A DNA stretch of 64,000 nt from positions 672,001 to 736,000 of the forward strand of contig CBDDDZ010000004.1 of assembly GCA_965226795.1 (NCBI GenBank), written 5' to 3'. How positions within the stretch are numbered: position 1 is the first letter of the stretch; the number at the start of each line of letters is the position of its first letter. This stretch comes from Candidatus Latescibacterota bacterium (GTDB taxonomy: Bacteria; Latescibacterota; UBA2968; GCA-2709665). Under the pieces are notes generated by a model. It saw only the letters and a list, made by a program, of their open reading frames with translations. It made no database searches and had not been told where the DNA came from. Below, one piece after another: positions 10,062 through 21,357 of the stretch. A program made the position numbers and the translations under genes.

Positions 10062-10791
10062 GCACCACCGACGCGGTCAAGGCGCCTTCCATGGCGCATT
10101 TTGCCGTCTCCAAGAGCGTCGCGTGAAAGGCGTTGCTCCTCAGGACCCGCTGCGCCGCTTCCAGTTCCCTCGGCGCCATATGATCGCTGCCCCGAGCACG
10201 ATTCAGGGACGCGTCCTCAAACAGACCGTTGGACGCTAGTTGACTGCCGCCCTCGCTATGTGGGTGGATATGACTCCAGTCCTTACCCTCCAGATACTTC
10301 GCCGTGGACTCGGGTCCCGCCGCCCGGATCGATTCGGGGATCGCCTCCCAGACCTTCTGTGCCTCGGGCAAGCCGCGTGAGGCGCCTCGTGTCCCGGCGT
10401 ACAGGTACTTTGTCGGCTCCACGTTCGCCCAGTCGAGGTTGAGCGAAAAGCGGGAAAGCTGACCGTAAGCATCCCAGAACGGCATCGGGTCGCGCATCAC
10501 CTCCAACATCTTCTGGAAGGAAGCTGTTGTCCGCACCTTCTCTGAGACGACCAGGACACCCGCCGTCACTCCGGTGATGACCGGCGCGCCATGAGACCGG
10601 GTAACGGACACGACTGCGGCGACGCCCTGGCGAGCCTTATCGGCGGACCAAGCTGCTGAGTCCTTGATTCCGTCCATGGCCTGCGCCGCCCCCTCACGGG
10701 CACTTTCGGCGAATCGTTTCGATTTCTCACCCTGATTCAGTCGCGCCCGGATGGCATGTTTGACCGCGTCAGTCAATGACTTGTCGGTCAT
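10062..10791 (-). CDS. hypothetical protein with HNH-like motif; appears 3'-truncated and reads through into mmgE/prpD
   Basis: DWSHIHPHSEGG...NG-x-FE...NRARG motif; no stop before the PrpD region. Confidence 0.55.
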
Positions 10792-10988
10792 CTAGGCAAG
10801 CCTTCTGGCCGTGGCATGGGTTTGTGCATCATCTACTGTTAGCGCCATGCCTATATCCTCCGCGTCCAGATCAAAAAAAGTGGCATAAACAACCTGAAGT
10901 AGCAACTCTAACCTTGATTCGACATATTTCGGCAGCTTTAGCCGACGACTTGGTCTGAATTATCCGGGTTAGATCCGGTTTTCCCGCT

Positions 10989-11903
10989 TCATTCCATGAG
11001 AATCTGTCTCTGGATGTCCAGTCCGACCCGGTTGCACCACGCAGCCAGCATATCCCGAAACAATGGGCCGGGCTCACCGCTGCCAACTGGTATATTGTTG
11101 AATTTCGTACAGGGGGCGATGCAATATGGCGTAGTGGTCAGCCAGGCCTCGTCGGCATTCGCGACGTCGTATGGCTGAAGATCCTTTTCGATCCAGTTGA
11201 GACCGAGGTCGGCTGACAGTTCCTTGACGGTGAGGAGGCTGACGCCCTGAAGTATGTTGCGTGTGGTGGGGGAGTAGATTGTGCGGTCCACAACGATGAC
11301 AAAGTTGGATCCGGCACATTCCGTGACGTTACCGTCCAGGTCGAGAAGCAGCGTAATCGCTTCCGGGTCTACCGCGTGGGTTTGCTGGTCGGCCAGCCAC
11401 CAGTGCAGGCGGGACCGGTTCTTGGTCTTCGGATCCAGGCATTGGGGCGGCACGTGCCGCACGGCGGGTGTGACAACGTGGGCGCCGACCTCGAAGAGAT
11501 GACGCCAGACGCGGAAGGGCAGCGGAAAGGAATGAATACAGACGGTTGGCGTGAGGCGCGCGCTGCCGGCGGCGCTACCGGCGTAGATTTCGTTTTCGCC
11601 CGGGGTGATGAAGTGTACAATGCCAAGGTCGGCCCCCGGCTCGATCAATTCCCGGTTCGTCTGGATGAGTTCGAGGGTTTTCTCCCGCATCCGGTTCCAC
11701 GTGAGCGGTGGTTGAATGCCGGCGTATTTGCACGATCGGTAGAGCCTGTCCAGGTGATCGTCCAGGCGAAACGGCGCGTGGGCGAAGGTACGGGTCATTT
11801 CGGTGAGCGTGGCGCCCAGAATGATGCCCAAGTCGTAAATCTTGATTGCGGCCTGAGAGGCAGGCACGAAATCTCCATTGAGGTAGACGATGGGTTCCTT
11901 CAT
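10989..11903 (-). CDS. class IV PLP aminotransferase (IlvE/D-amino-acid aminotransferase-like)
   Basis: YLNG-x-F, D-x-G, E-x-x-RT, HLDRL, catalytic Lys region DPKTKNRS, TE-x-x-GSN, ILQGVS and ADEAW. Confidence 0.88.
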   Translation of the reverse strand: MKEPIVYLNGDFVPASQAAIKIYDLGIILGATLTEMTRTFAHAPFRLDDHLDRLYRSCKYAGIQPPLTWNRMREKTLELIQTNRELIEPGADLGIVHFITPGENEIYAGSAAGSARLTPTVCIHSFPLPFRVWRHLFEVGAHVVTPAVRHVPPQCLDPKTKNRSRLHWWLADQQTHAVDPEAITLLLDLDGNVTECAGSNFVIVVDRTIYSPTTRNILQGVSLLTVKELSADLGLNWIEKDLQPYDVANADEAWLTTTPYCIAPCTKFNNIPVGSGEPGPLFRDMLAAWCNRVGLDIQRQILME

Positions 11904-11950
11904 ATACTTGCTCTAACCACCGGATTACTGGTGAGACGCCGAAATACGTT

Positions 11951-13264
11951 CTATGTGATCCCCCGGGCCTTGAAGGACTCGAGCGTCCTGTTGACGATTT
12001 CCTCCATGCCGGGCGCCAGCCGTGCCGGATAGCTATATTCCGGGTAGGCGACAACTTCGTAGCCGCCTTCAGGGAGCTGCCGAGACACGGGCAGGTACAT
12101 GGCTTCACCGTTTGAATAACCCAATGGGAACGTGACCCCTTCGCCGTAGAAGACAAGAATGTTGAGACCATGTTCGGCCACGGGTTCCCCCTCGATGGCG
12201 GCGATTCGCAGGCCGTCTCCCAGCCGGATACCCTGAATAAGTACGGAGGCGGCTCCGGGCAGGTTGCGACCCCGGTCGAGCAGGTCCAGTTGCCGGGCGC
12301 CCCAGAGTTCGTAGATACCTTGGTCGTTGACGGGTGCGCCGGGTTTCAGGCCGGCGGCGCGTTCTTCGAATTCGTTCCGGTCGTATGCTTCCAGAGGCCA
12401 ATGGGTTTCGGCCAGGGCTGACTTAAGGCCGGGTTCAATCCGTTTCAGACCGGCGTCCAGAAGGGCGATGACTTCGTCGCCAAGCTTCCTCCCCACCCGT
12501 TCCACAACGTCCCAGTCGTCGCTGAGCCAAGTGTCCCTTTCTTTCCCGGCGACGCTGGTTTTGCCATCTCCGCCGCAGCCCTGGAGAAACATGCTGCATT
12601 CGGCGCCCAGGTGGGAATCCACCCGATCCGTGGCGACGCCTGGATATTCGGCCGAGATCGCTGTGCCGCTGACTATGGAAGGGTGCGCGGAGATGGAGAA
12701 CAGGCAGGCGACCGGCCTGCCATCGCAACCCGTGAAGAGGCAGACGGGCAGGGCATCGCAGACGATGCCCTCGGGAAAGGGCCGATTCTCGATCGACCCG
12801 TTCGGCATGGGTCTGCGCCGGGACATGGGCACCTGGGAACGTCCCATCCCTGCCGTGAGCACGACCTCACGCGCCCGCGCTTTCGCTTCGTTTTCCGCCT
12901 GCACCACCGCGGTTTCCAGTTCCTGGAGGTAGAGCCGGTCATGAGGCATATAGTCACCATAAGCCCAGTAACCCGAAGCCGGACCGACATGGCTGTGGGA
13001 GGCAATCAGAAGAATCTGGCGGGGCTTGAGATCCAGAAGGCGGCCGATTACACCTTTGAAACGATCCGAATCCTCCCGGCCGATAAAACACATATCGAAC
13101 GCAACCACAACCGCCTCCTCGCCGTTGTGGGCGAGATAGAGCGCACGCGTGTAAATGTCGTCTCGAATGGATTCACTGCCCGGGCCTCGGTCCCGGCTGC
13201 CGAAACCCATCATTCGGGTGCCCCTGGGCGGATTCATGCTGACTCTGGAGAAACCCGCTCTCAT
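11951..13264 (-). CDS. neutral/alkaline ceramidase N-terminal-like hydrolase
   Basis: M-x-GF...D-x-x-Y-x-RA, SHSH-x-GP, HP, SAEYPG, QGCGGD, GEP and GGYE; paralogs at 48427 and 49808. Confidence 0.7.
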   Translation of the reverse strand: MRAGFSRVSMNPPRGTRMMGFGSRDRGPGSESIRDDIYTRALYLAHNGEEAVVVAFDMCFIGREDSDRFKGVIGRLLDLKPRQILLIASHSHVGPASGYWAYGDYMPHDRLYLQELETAVVQAENEAKARAREVVLTAGMGRSQVPMSRRRPMPNGSIENRPFPEGIVCDALPVCLFTGCDGRPVACLFSISAHPSIVSGTAISAEYPGVATDRVDSHLGAECSMFLQGCGGDGKTSVAGKERDTWLSDDWDVVERVGRKLGDEVIALLDAGLKRIEPGLKSALAETHWPLEAYDRNEFEERAAGLKPGAPVNDQGIYELWGARQLDLLDRGRNLPGAASVLIQGIRLGDGLRIAAIEGEPVAEHGLNILVFYGEGVTFPLGYSNGEAMYLPVSRQLPEGGYEVVAYPEYSYPARLAPGMEEIVNRTLESFKARGIT

Positions 13265-13808
13265 CCGTCTTGACCCCTTACACTGTGTCTGATGAAGACG
13301 ATCGTCACGATAGGTGTTGGTCCTGTCGTACCCCGCGTGATGTTGACTCGGAAATGTAAATGCGGCCGGCACACAACAGCGCACGAGTAGGATGTCTCGG
13401 CCTGTCGAAGGAGCGTGTTGCACGGAAAGGCGCCGGCTCCTGAATTCGACGAATTTGCCATTCGAAGCGGCGGGAAAGAAGGAGCAGAAGCAAGATTCAC
13501 CGCAAGTCTTGCATTGGAAACAGGAGGCCTGGCACTGAGCAATACGGAGTGCCAAACAATCCGTACCTAATATACCGATTGTGCGATCTCAAGACAAATT
13601 GAAAGGGAATTCGCGGCGTTGAGAGGGAGAAACTCCGCTTGACTGCGGAGAGGCGGGTGCTTCCGTGCGGTAAACAGTCGACGACATCCTCTGGGTCTTG
13701 CTTGATTCTTTCGAGACGTGTCGAGCTGGATGTCCTGTCGTTTGGTTTTTTTTACCTGGTCAAGAACACTGACAGGTGTCACGCGGGTATGTCCCAGCCT
13801 GTTCGGCG

Positions 13809-15344
13809 CTACATCCACAGATTCCGGTCCAAACTGCGGTACTGAATGGCCTCCCCGACATGCTGAGGTTTAATTTCGGATTCTTCTTCCAGATCCGCAA
13901 TGGTGCGGCTCACTTTCAAGATACGGTCGTAGGCGCGTGCGGACAGGCCGAGTTTTGTGATTGCCAATTTGAGGAGTTCTTCACCTTTGCCATCGATTCG
14001 GCAATATTCCCGAATTTCCGCGGAACCCATGTGCGCATTGCAGAACAGGTGTTTTTTCTCCTGGAAGCGATGAAGTTGTACCTGACGGGCCGCATTGACC
14101 CCTTCGCGAATGGCGTGGGATGATTCTCCGCCGGGTTCACCGGCAAGTTCAGTGTAGTCGACTCCTGGTACTTCAATGTGAATGTCGATGCGGTCAAGGA
14201 GTGGACCGGAAATTCGGGCCATATACCTCTGAATGCTCGGCGGGGAACACGTGCATTCGTTCTTGGGATCGCCGAAGTATCCGCAGGGGCACGGGTTCAG
14301 GGCGCAGGCAAGCATGAATTGTGCCGGGTAGGTCAGAGAGACCATTGCACGGGCAATGGTGACGAATCCGTCCTCAAGAGGTTGCCGCAGCACTTCGAGG
14401 ACATGCTTCTTGAACTCGGGAAGCTCGTCCAGAAAGAGAACCCCGTGGTGCGCAAGGGAGACCTCGCCCGGTCGCGGGTGAGGTCCGCCACCGATCAGGC
14501 CGGCGTCCGAGATGGTGTGGTGAGGGGAACGGAAGGGCCGGACGGCCACCAGGGTGGTATCCGGAGGCAGCAGTCCGGCGACAGAGTGTATTTTTGTGGC
14601 TTCGAGGGCTTCATCCAGGGTCAGGTCCGGCAGGATGGTGGGAAGGCGGCGGGTGAGCATCGTTTTTCCGGAACCGGGCGGACCGATCATAATAATGTTA
14701 TGGCCGCCGCTGGCCGCCACCTCCAGCGCGCGCTTGGCATGCACCTGGCCCCGGACATCGCGAAAATCAATACGGTAGTCCAGGGCCTGGCTGAGGATTT
14801 GGTCGATATCGACCTGGAGTGGCGGTACGGCACGATAGCCCTCGAGGAAGTCCAGCGTCTCCAACAGATCGCCGACCGGATGGACATCGATGCCGCCCAC
14901 AATGGCTGCTTCGCGGGCATTTTCGCGAGGGAGGATCATACCCTTGAGACCTGCCCGGCGGGTCTCGACAGCCATCGGCAGGACGCCCCGGAACGGCCGG
15001 ACGGCCCCGTCGAGAGCAAGTTCGCCGAGAATCGTGTATTGGGAGAGAATTTCAGGCGAGATATCTCCGGCGGCGGCCAGGATGCCCACCGCAATGGGCA
15101 GGTCGAAGGCCGATCCTTCCTTACGGATGTCCGCGGGAGCGAGATTGACGGTTACACGACGATTCGGAAAAGCCCGACCGGTGTTCTTGATGGCGGCGGT
15201 CACGCGATCCCGGCTCTCCTTGACGGCGTTGTCCGGCAGGCCTACGACCGAGAATGCGGGAACCTGATAGTCCAGATCGGTCTCTATGTGTACGATATAG
15301 GCGTCAATACCCAGAGTGGCGCAGCTCAACACGCGGGACATCAT
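13809..15344 (-). CDS. comM: YifB/ComM family Mg-chelatase-like AAA+ ATPase
   Basis: [36 protein letters not shown] and LDRID; GGAGG SD. Confidence 0.93.
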   Translation of the reverse strand: MMSRVLSCATLGIDAYIVHIETDLDYQVPAFSVVGLPDNAVKESRDRVTAAIKNTGRAFPNRRVTVNLAPADIRKEGSAFDLPIAVGILAAAGDISPEILSQYTILGELALDGAVRPFRGVLPMAVETRRAGLKGMILPRENAREAAIVGGIDVHPVGDLLETLDFLEGYRAVPPLQVDIDQILSQALDYRIDFRDVRGQVHAKRALEVAASGGHNIIMIGPPGSGKTMLTRRLPTILPDLTLDEALEATKIHSVAGLLPPDTTLVAVRPFRSPHHTISDAGLIGGGPHPRPGEVSLAHHGVLFLDELPEFKKHVLEVLRQPLEDGFVTIARAMVSLTYPAQFMLACALNPCPCGYFGDPKNECTCSPPSIQRYMARISGPLLDRIDIHIEVPGVDYTELAGEPGGESSHAIREGVNAARQVQLHRFQEKKHLFCNAHMGSAEIREYCRIDGKGEELLKLAITKLGLSARAYDRILKVSRTIADLEEESEIKPQHVGEAIQYRSLDRNLWM

Positions 15345-15609
15345 ATGGGCCTCCTCGGAGCCTGCGAGGAATGCAACTGAACTCCGTGGAAGCGTTTTGT
15401 TCCGCAAGGAGTCCGGTGTTGGCGAAGCGAATCCCCGACAAGGCCTGAAAACGCAAAGGGCGTGCCAGAGAAATCGGATACATCTAACTTGCTGTCCGGA
15501 AAAGAGATGGGGCTGACGACAGGAGCAATGGAAGGAAAGGAGGGAAAGGGATTTTCAACGATCGGCGAAGGGATTGAACAATATGTTGATGGACCGGACC
15601 GGCTGACCC

Positions 15610-16835
15610 CTAGAGGAGCTGGTCCGGGTTTACGTCGGCCGCATAGTCGACCGCAGGAAGGCCGAAGCCGAAGAGCTTGAGGAATTCCTTGCGATAGCCC
15701 TGCAGATCCGCAATCGCCTCCAGATTTTCGGTCGTTACGGAATCCCAGAGGGATGAGATGCACGACTGCACGTCTTCTCTGAACTCGAGGTCATCGATGC
15801 GAATGCGCACGACTGCACGTCTTCTCTGAACTCGAGGTCATCGATGCGAATGCGCCCGCTCCCGTCGGTGGGAACGGGCGGACCGGCGTAGACTCTATCC
15901 TTAAGGAGCCGGTACATCTGTTGAATGCATCCTTCGTGAATGCCTTTCTCTTTCATGATTTTATATAGCAGGGAAATGTATAGCGGCACCACCGGAATCG
16001 CCGCACTGGATTGGGTGACCACGGCCTTGTTTGCGGAGACGTAGGCGCTCCCGTTTCTTTTCTTCATCCGGGCGTCCAATTTCTGAGCCGTGGCCTCAAG
16101 GTGAGTTTTCGCCTTCCCGATCGTACCCTCTCCGTAGATGGGCTGGGTCAGACGAGGTCCAATATAGGTGAAGGCGACCGTGCGTACCCCCTCGGAAAGT
16201 ACGTCTGCTGCTTCGAGGGCCCGAATCCACATCTCCCAATCTTCTCCGCCCATTACGGCAACGGTATTGTCGATCTCGTCGTCGCTCGCCGGTTCTATGG
16301 TCACTTGCGAGACGACGCCCGTGTGGACATCCACCGTTTTGCCCGTGTAGGGTTCGCCCACAGGTTTCAATACGGAGTTGTATTGCACTCCTGTTTGGGG
16401 ATGGCGTCGCCGCGGCGACGCCAGGCTATAGACCACGAGATCGACGTTTCCCAGATCTTTTTTGATGACTGAAATGGTCTGTTCCTTGACATCGTCGGAA
16501 AACGCGTCGCCGTTGATGCTACCTGCAAAATAGGCCGCGTCCCGTGCGGCGCGTTCGAAGGCGACCGAATTGTACCATCCCGCCGTGGCCGTGCGATTCC
16601 TCACAGCCGGTTTTTCAAAGAAAACGCCCACGGTCCTGGCCCCCCCACCGAAGCAGGCCGCAATTCGAGAGGCCAGCCCGTAACCCGTCGACGCACCGAC
16701 AACCAGTACGTTCCGGAAGCCTTTCAGGGGCGGCTGTTTTTTTACCCAGTCGATCTGTTCGTGGACACCGTGTGCGCATCCGACGGGGTGCGCCGTCGTA
16801 CATATGAATCCTCGAATTCTGGATTTGATGATCAT
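15610..16835 (-). pseudogene. fabV: enoyl-ACP/trans-2-enoyl-CoA reductase FabV, frameshifted by a 47-bp tandem duplication (real or assembly artefact)
   Basis: GASTGYGLASR, AGWYN, YSLASP, MGGEDW and G-x-HEGCI; removing one repeat copy gives 393 codons ending LFGF...DV-x-P. Confidence 0.88.
15760..15853. repeat. perfect 2 x 47-bp tandem direct repeat
   Basis: gcacgactgcacgtcttctctgaactcgaggtcatcgatgcgaatgc at 15760-15806 and 15807-15853. Confidence 0.97.
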
Positions 16836-16956
16836 TGGACCGTCCTATCCGAAAATCGGGCCTTATATGGCGGGTTCGGTTTCACATTTTCGCCTGTTGC
16901 GGATTACAGGTTTCACGAGATCCTGCACTTGCCGCCGCCGCGAAATCGTTGTGGAA

Positions 16957-18375
16957 TCACGTTTTTCCCTCCGGTTCGGCAGCGGGTCGTGTTTCCCTCC
17001 AGGGCGAGAGCGATTCAAAGGCGGCGGAGGCGCGCAACACACCCACGTCGTCGCGCCAACGCCCGACAATCTGAAGGCCAACCGGCAATCCGTTCCCTGC
17101 AAAACCGGCCGGAACGGTGGCCGCCGGCTGGCCCGTGATATTGAACGGATACGTAAAAGCGGTCCAGCCGAGATAACTGGTCGGATGGCCCGCGATGTCA
17201 CCCGGATGGTCGTGCCCGGCGGTAAAGGCCGTAACCGGAAGTGTCGGGCTGAGAAACAGGTCGAATGCGCTCATGAACTCGCGCCAGCCGTGGTAGTAGT
17301 CATTGCGCCGCCCATAGGCGGTTGACAGTTCGGCGCCGGAGACGCATTTTCCCGTTTCAATCACGGACACAAGGCCGGCGTCCAGCAGGTGCCGGACGTC
17401 GTTCAGATTGTCCTTGAACACGCCCGCGAACGAGGCGGACCAGATCGTGTCTGCAATATCCCAGGGGTCGGACAGTCCGGGATGGGCTTCTTCGACATGA
17501 CAGCCGAGTTCCTGGAACCGCGCGGCCGCCGCGGCCGCGATCGTTCGGACCTCGGGGTCGGTCCGGGCGTACCCGAGATCGGGAGACCACGCAATGCGCA
17601 GGCCGGCAATATCACCGTCCATTTCGTTGAGGTAATCGGTGGAATCGGGCAGCGAGAGGCGGTCCATGGGGTGGGCGCCGGCCATGGCCGTGAGCATCAT
17701 CGCGGCATCCTTCACCGTGCGGGTAATGGGACCGGCGTGGGAAAGCAATTCGACCACACTGGCCGGGTACTGTGGAACGCGCCCCCAGGACGGTTTGAGT
17801 CCGTAGAGGCCGCAGAAACTGCACGGGATGCGGATGGAGCCGGCGCCGTCCGTTCCCTGGGCGATGGGTCCCATACCCAGGGCGACGGCGGCTGCCGCGC
17901 CTCCGCTGGATCCGCCAGCCGTACGGCCGTACATCCAGGGATTGTGCACCGGACCGTTGACGCGGTTTCCGGAGTCTCCCTTCCAGCCCAGTTCCGGGGT
18001 GGTGGTTTTGCCAAGAAGGACCATCCCGGCGTTGGAGAGGCGCTCCGCAAGCGGTGCGTCGTAATCCGGCACCCAATTGTTGTAGAGCAGGGAGCCCCTG
18101 GCGGTGCGAATACCTTTTGTGGGGGTGAGATCCTTGAGCGAACCGGGGATACCGGCCAGAATCCCGGCTTCTCCCCTGATATAGGCACTTTCGGCGCACT
18201 TTGCCTGTTCGAGGGCGCGTTCGCAGGTGACGGTAACGTAGGGGTTGAACGCAGGGTTGAGCCGTTCAATCCGGTGCAGCAGCGTTTTCGTGACTTCGAC
18301 GGGCGAGAGTTCACGCTTCCGATACAGGTTGCGCAGTTCGAATGCCGAAAGATAACAGAGATCGGCTGAATTCAT
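16957..18375 (-). CDS. amidase signature family protein
   Basis: KD, GKT, GGSSGG and GTDGAGSIRIP; GLPVGLQ. Confidence 0.93.
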   Translation of the reverse strand: MNSADLCYLSAFELRNLYRKRELSPVEVTKTLLHRIERLNPAFNPYVTVTCERALEQAKCAESAYIRGEAGILAGIPGSLKDLTPTKGIRTARGSLLYNNWVPDYDAPLAERLSNAGMVLLGKTTTPELGWKGDSGNRVNGPVHNPWMYGRTAGGSSGGAAAAVALGMGPIAQGTDGAGSIRIPCSFCGLYGLKPSWGRVPQYPASVVELLSHAGPITRTVKDAAMMLTAMAGAHPMDRLSLPDSTDYLNEMDGDIAGLRIAWSPDLGYARTDPEVRTIAAAAAARFQELGCHVEEAHPGLSDPWDIADTIWSASFAGVFKDNLNDVRHLLDAGLVSVIETGKCVSGAELSTAYGRRNDYYHGWREFMSAFDLFLSPTLPVTAFTAGHDHPGDIAGHPTSYLGWTAFTYPFNITGQPAATVPAGFAGNGLPVGLQIVGRWRDDVGVLRASAAFESLSPWRETRPAAEPEGKT

Positions 18376-19001
18376 CCTATCGCTCCGGGTTGGGAACAAC
18401 GCACGTCCGGGGTTGACCACGCCGAAGGGACGGGGTGGCCCACTAGCGCCAGCAACTGCGCGACCAGGCGATATGAAATTCCCCAGAGGACACGCCCGCC
18501 GGGACCCGGCAGATCGATGGCTTTGAAGCGACGTTCCTCGTTGTCGATCCGGAAACTGCGCTCACATTGGCGTCCAGCGTCGGCGAGTACGTTCAACCGG
18601 ATCCAGAAGGCATCTTTCACTTCGTCGTTTGGATGAAGCCGACCGCCAGTTCCGACGTTGTAGACGAAACCCGACACCAGGATGGGCAGCGCGGCGCCGG
18701 TGACGTCGTCCAGGCGACCGAGATACTCGCCGGTTCCGAGATCAAGGCCGATCTCTTCCCGTGTCTCGCGCTCGGCCGCCAGGCGCGCGTTCCCGTCGAG
18801 GGGGTCTATCCTGCCTCCCGGGAACGCGATGTGGCCCGACCACGGATCGTCATCACGCTGCGACCGCTCAATAAAGAGCAGTTGAACTGCTTCCTCCTGT
18901 TGATGCAGAACCATTGCAACCGCAGCGCGGGTTCTATCTCCGGAGGCCAGATGCGGCTGATATCCAGCCAGAACCCGGCGGATGTCTGCAATCGAGGTCA
19001 T
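18372..19001 (-). CDS. Nudix hydrolase (CoA pyrophosphatase-like)
   Basis: AAV, WSGHIAFPGG, A-x-RET-x-EE-x-G Nudix box and LWGIS. Confidence 0.88.
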   Translation of the reverse strand: MTSIADIRRVLAGYQPHLASGDRTRAAVAMVLHQQEEAVQLLFIERSQRDDDPWSGHIAFPGGRIDPLDGNARLAAERETREEIGLDLGTGEYLGRLDDVTGAALPILVSGFVYNVGTGGRLHPNDEVKDAFWIRLNVLADAGRQCERSFRIDNEERRFKAIDLPGPGGRVLWGISYRLVAQLLALVGHPVPSAWSTPDVRCSQPGAIG

Positions 19002-19096
19002 AAAGGCCTGGACGGGAAACAATTTCTGGGCCGGCGCCGGTTAGGCCGCGTTTTTGTCGAATCCGCTTAAGCCATTTTATATCAGCGGTTTGGTTA

Positions 19097-19534
19097 TCAC
19101 CTTGCTGGCTTGTATTTCCGATATTGGTTGTAAATGAGATATCCGATGCCGAGACCCGCATTGATCAGCACCGGCATGCGGTATATGCTGACCACTTCGT
19201 ACCTGAACACGGCTCCCGAGGCGCCTGCGGAAACGATCAGAAACGACAGGACGATAAGCGGTTTACAGATTACCGTCGGTACAAACGGCGCCGTTACGAT
19301 TGACAGAAGCGCAGCGTGAAAGATGAAGAACCCGGCGTATCCGTTTCGGACGGCCATCGCGATCTGCCAATCGTACCGGCAGGCCCAGACCAGGTAAACG
19401 TGGGCGACGACAACGAGCGCAACCAGGGCGATGGCCGGACGCTTGCATGTACCTCTGGAGACGAGCACCATATTCACCGAAAGTCCCAGATAGCCCAGAA
19501 AAGCCAGAAGAAACGTGAAGTTTTCGAGCGTCAA
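19097..19534 (-). CDS. hypothetical multi-pass membrane protein
   Basis: about 5 hydrophobic helices; start inferred (TTG). Confidence 0.65.
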   Translation of the reverse strand: MTLENFTFLLAFLGYLGLSVNMVLVSRGTCKRPAIALVALVVVAHVYLVWACRYDWQIAMAVRNGYAGFFIFHAALLSIVTAPFVPTVICKPLIVLSFLIVSAGASGAVFRYEVVSIYRMPVLINAGLGIGYLIYNQYRKYKPAR

Positions 19535-19986
19535 GACGAGGTCGTTATCGGCGACGTTGAAACTTGCCGTGAATGCACAAACCGGTGGACAGCGGGCCGG
19601 AAAGGTGCGCAAAAACCCTGAACGGGAATTTGCCCGTGAAGGCGTTCAGCATCCCGGTAGCCGGAGGCTGTGTGCCGTGCCTGGAGCGGACCATCGAGAC
19701 AGGAAATGGAAACTTCAGGGAATGGGATAGAACTTGGACGCGCGCCGGTTGATGGCTGGCGGGTAAAGGATGTTTCCGGATGAATGCTTGTCCTGAAACC
19801 GGCTCTGGCGAGGTCCGACGACATGAAAACTCTGGCAGGAACGGGGTATACGGGGTATTTGTGAACCTAGCCGATGAAACTCCTCGATTCCCGGCGGGTT
19901 TGCAAGCGCCGGACGCGTCTATTCCGGAGGGCGCCGCATCACCCGCCGCCGGAATCACCGGCGGATGTTTTTTCGCCGGACATTTC

Positions 19987-21198
19987 TTATTCTGTGTCCA
20001 TCGGGTTTTTGATCCGATCGATCTTATCCTCGCAATACTTCTTGAATTTTCGGTCTCTGAGTCCCTTCTGGTAGTTCTGTATCGCTTTTCCCTTCCAGCC
20101 CTGGGGCCGCCAGGCGTCGTATACATCGCCAATTATGACGTATGCCGGAACCCCGTACTTTCGGCTCGAGACGACTCTTCTGGCATGATTAAGGGCGTTT
20201 TGATATTGTTTGAGTTCGAAATAGGCGACCGCCGCCCGGTACTGGGCTTCGCTGTCTCTGGAGTTCAGTGCAAGCGCCTGCCGGTACGCGGAGACCGCGC
20301 TCTGGTAGTTTTTCCCCTGTGCATGGGAGTGTCCCAGCGCCGCGTAGACCTTGACTTTGTCTTTCTTGGTTGGAGCCACGGCAACGGCATTTCGGAGCGT
20401 AGCGACGGCCTTTGAGTGTTGTTTTGTTCGATTGTATACAAGAGCAAGGCTGCGGTAGGCGTTGATATTCTTCTTGTCCTTGCAATTCGGATCGCTATCG
20501 ATCGCCCGTTTGTAACTGCGGATTGCACGGCTGTTTCTCTTGGTGACCCGATACAGGTCCCCCAATTGTCTATGGGCCTTGGCGTACCTCGGGTTGAGCT
20601 CTACGGCCGTTGCAAAGGCCTCCTCGGCCTGTTTGATTTTGCGCGCGAATCTGGCGGCCAGCCCCAGATTGTAGAAATTGGTGCCATCGGTCGGATCGAG
20701 TTGCGTGGCATTTTCGTATTCCCCGATCGCCTTTCTGTAGTTCTTGCGAGAAAGATAGTCGCTGCCCTGCCTTGCATAGGCTGCTTTCAGGAGTTTCCGG
20801 GCACCGCCGTCCTGAAAATCGGCGTCCAGATTCAGGACTGCCTTAAACGACGTCTGTGCGTCTTTGTATTTTTTCAGGTTGTAGTACAGGTTTCCAAGTT
20901 CATAGTGGGCTTCTACGTAATCAGGTTTCACCACAGTGGCCATCTTGAAATTGCTTATTGCTTTGTCGGTATCTTTGAGCTTCTGGTAGGTCTTGGCCAT
21001 GCCGCGAAACGCCTGGGCGTTGTTGCCATCCAGTTTAACGGCGTCTTCGAACGCCTGAAGGGCCTGCTGATAACGCCTTTTCTCGAAAAGCGCCTGACCG
21101 TCGTTGTATTTTTCCGCCGATTCGGGAGCCACTTGAGCCCACGCCGGCTGGAAGACCAGAAAACACAAAAGCAGGGTTAAAGGCTGTCGACAACGCAT
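19987..21198 (-). CDS. exported TPR-repeat protein
   Basis: signal peptide ending AWA-Q; many TPR units (A-x-x-x-LG...A...A-x-x-x-x-P). Confidence 0.85.
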   Translation of the reverse strand: MRCRQPLTLLLCFLVFQPAWAQVAPESAEKYNDGQALFEKRRYQQALQAFEDAVKLDGNNAQAFRGMAKTYQKLKDTDKAISNFKMATVVKPDYVEAHYELGNLYYNLKKYKDAQTSFKAVLNLDADFQDGGARKLLKAAYARQGSDYLSRKNYRKAIGEYENATQLDPTDGTNFYNLGLAARFARKIKQAEEAFATAVELNPRYAKAHRQLGDLYRVTKRNSRAIRSYKRAIDSDPNCKDKKNINAYRSLALVYNRTKQHSKAVATLRNAVAVAPTKKDKVKVYAALGHSHAQGKNYQSAVSAYRQALALNSRDSEAQYRAAVAYFELKQYQNALNHARRVVSSRKYGVPAYVIIGDVYDAWRPQGWKGKAIQNYQKGLRDRKFKKYCEDKIDRIKNPMDTE

Positions 21199-21253
21199 AT
21201 CAGGTGGTCCTCTCAAAGATGCTGGTTGACATGAACGCGATTTACAGACGCAC

Positions 21254-21282
21254 AGTATTGCCGATTTCTGAGTTGATGTCAA
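21254..21282 (-). promoter_or_regulatory. putative sigma70 promoter of the TPR gene
   Basis: TTGACA-17 nt-AATACT. Confidence 0.45.
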
Positions 21283-21299
21283 CCGTTTTGGACATGCGG

Positions 21300-21330
21300 A
21301 AAGGCCACCACCGGTTGTGTGATGGCCTCC
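21300..21330 (-). terminator. putative terminator hairpin after tonB
   Basis: aggccaccac/gtgatggcct stem with a short T-run on the minus strand. Confidence 0.45.
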
Positions 21331-21357
21331 GCGGAGTTGAAACTGCCTGGCTCGGGT

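Noticed and set aside
13265..13555. Cys-rich N-terminal extension of ORF 11951-13555
   Set aside because: Family similarity begins at Met 13264; the extension looks like open intergenic sequence.
13590..13700. Cobalamin riboswitch-like AAAGGGAA segment
   Set aside because: The other conserved elements are not recognisable, and there is no downstream plus-strand gene.
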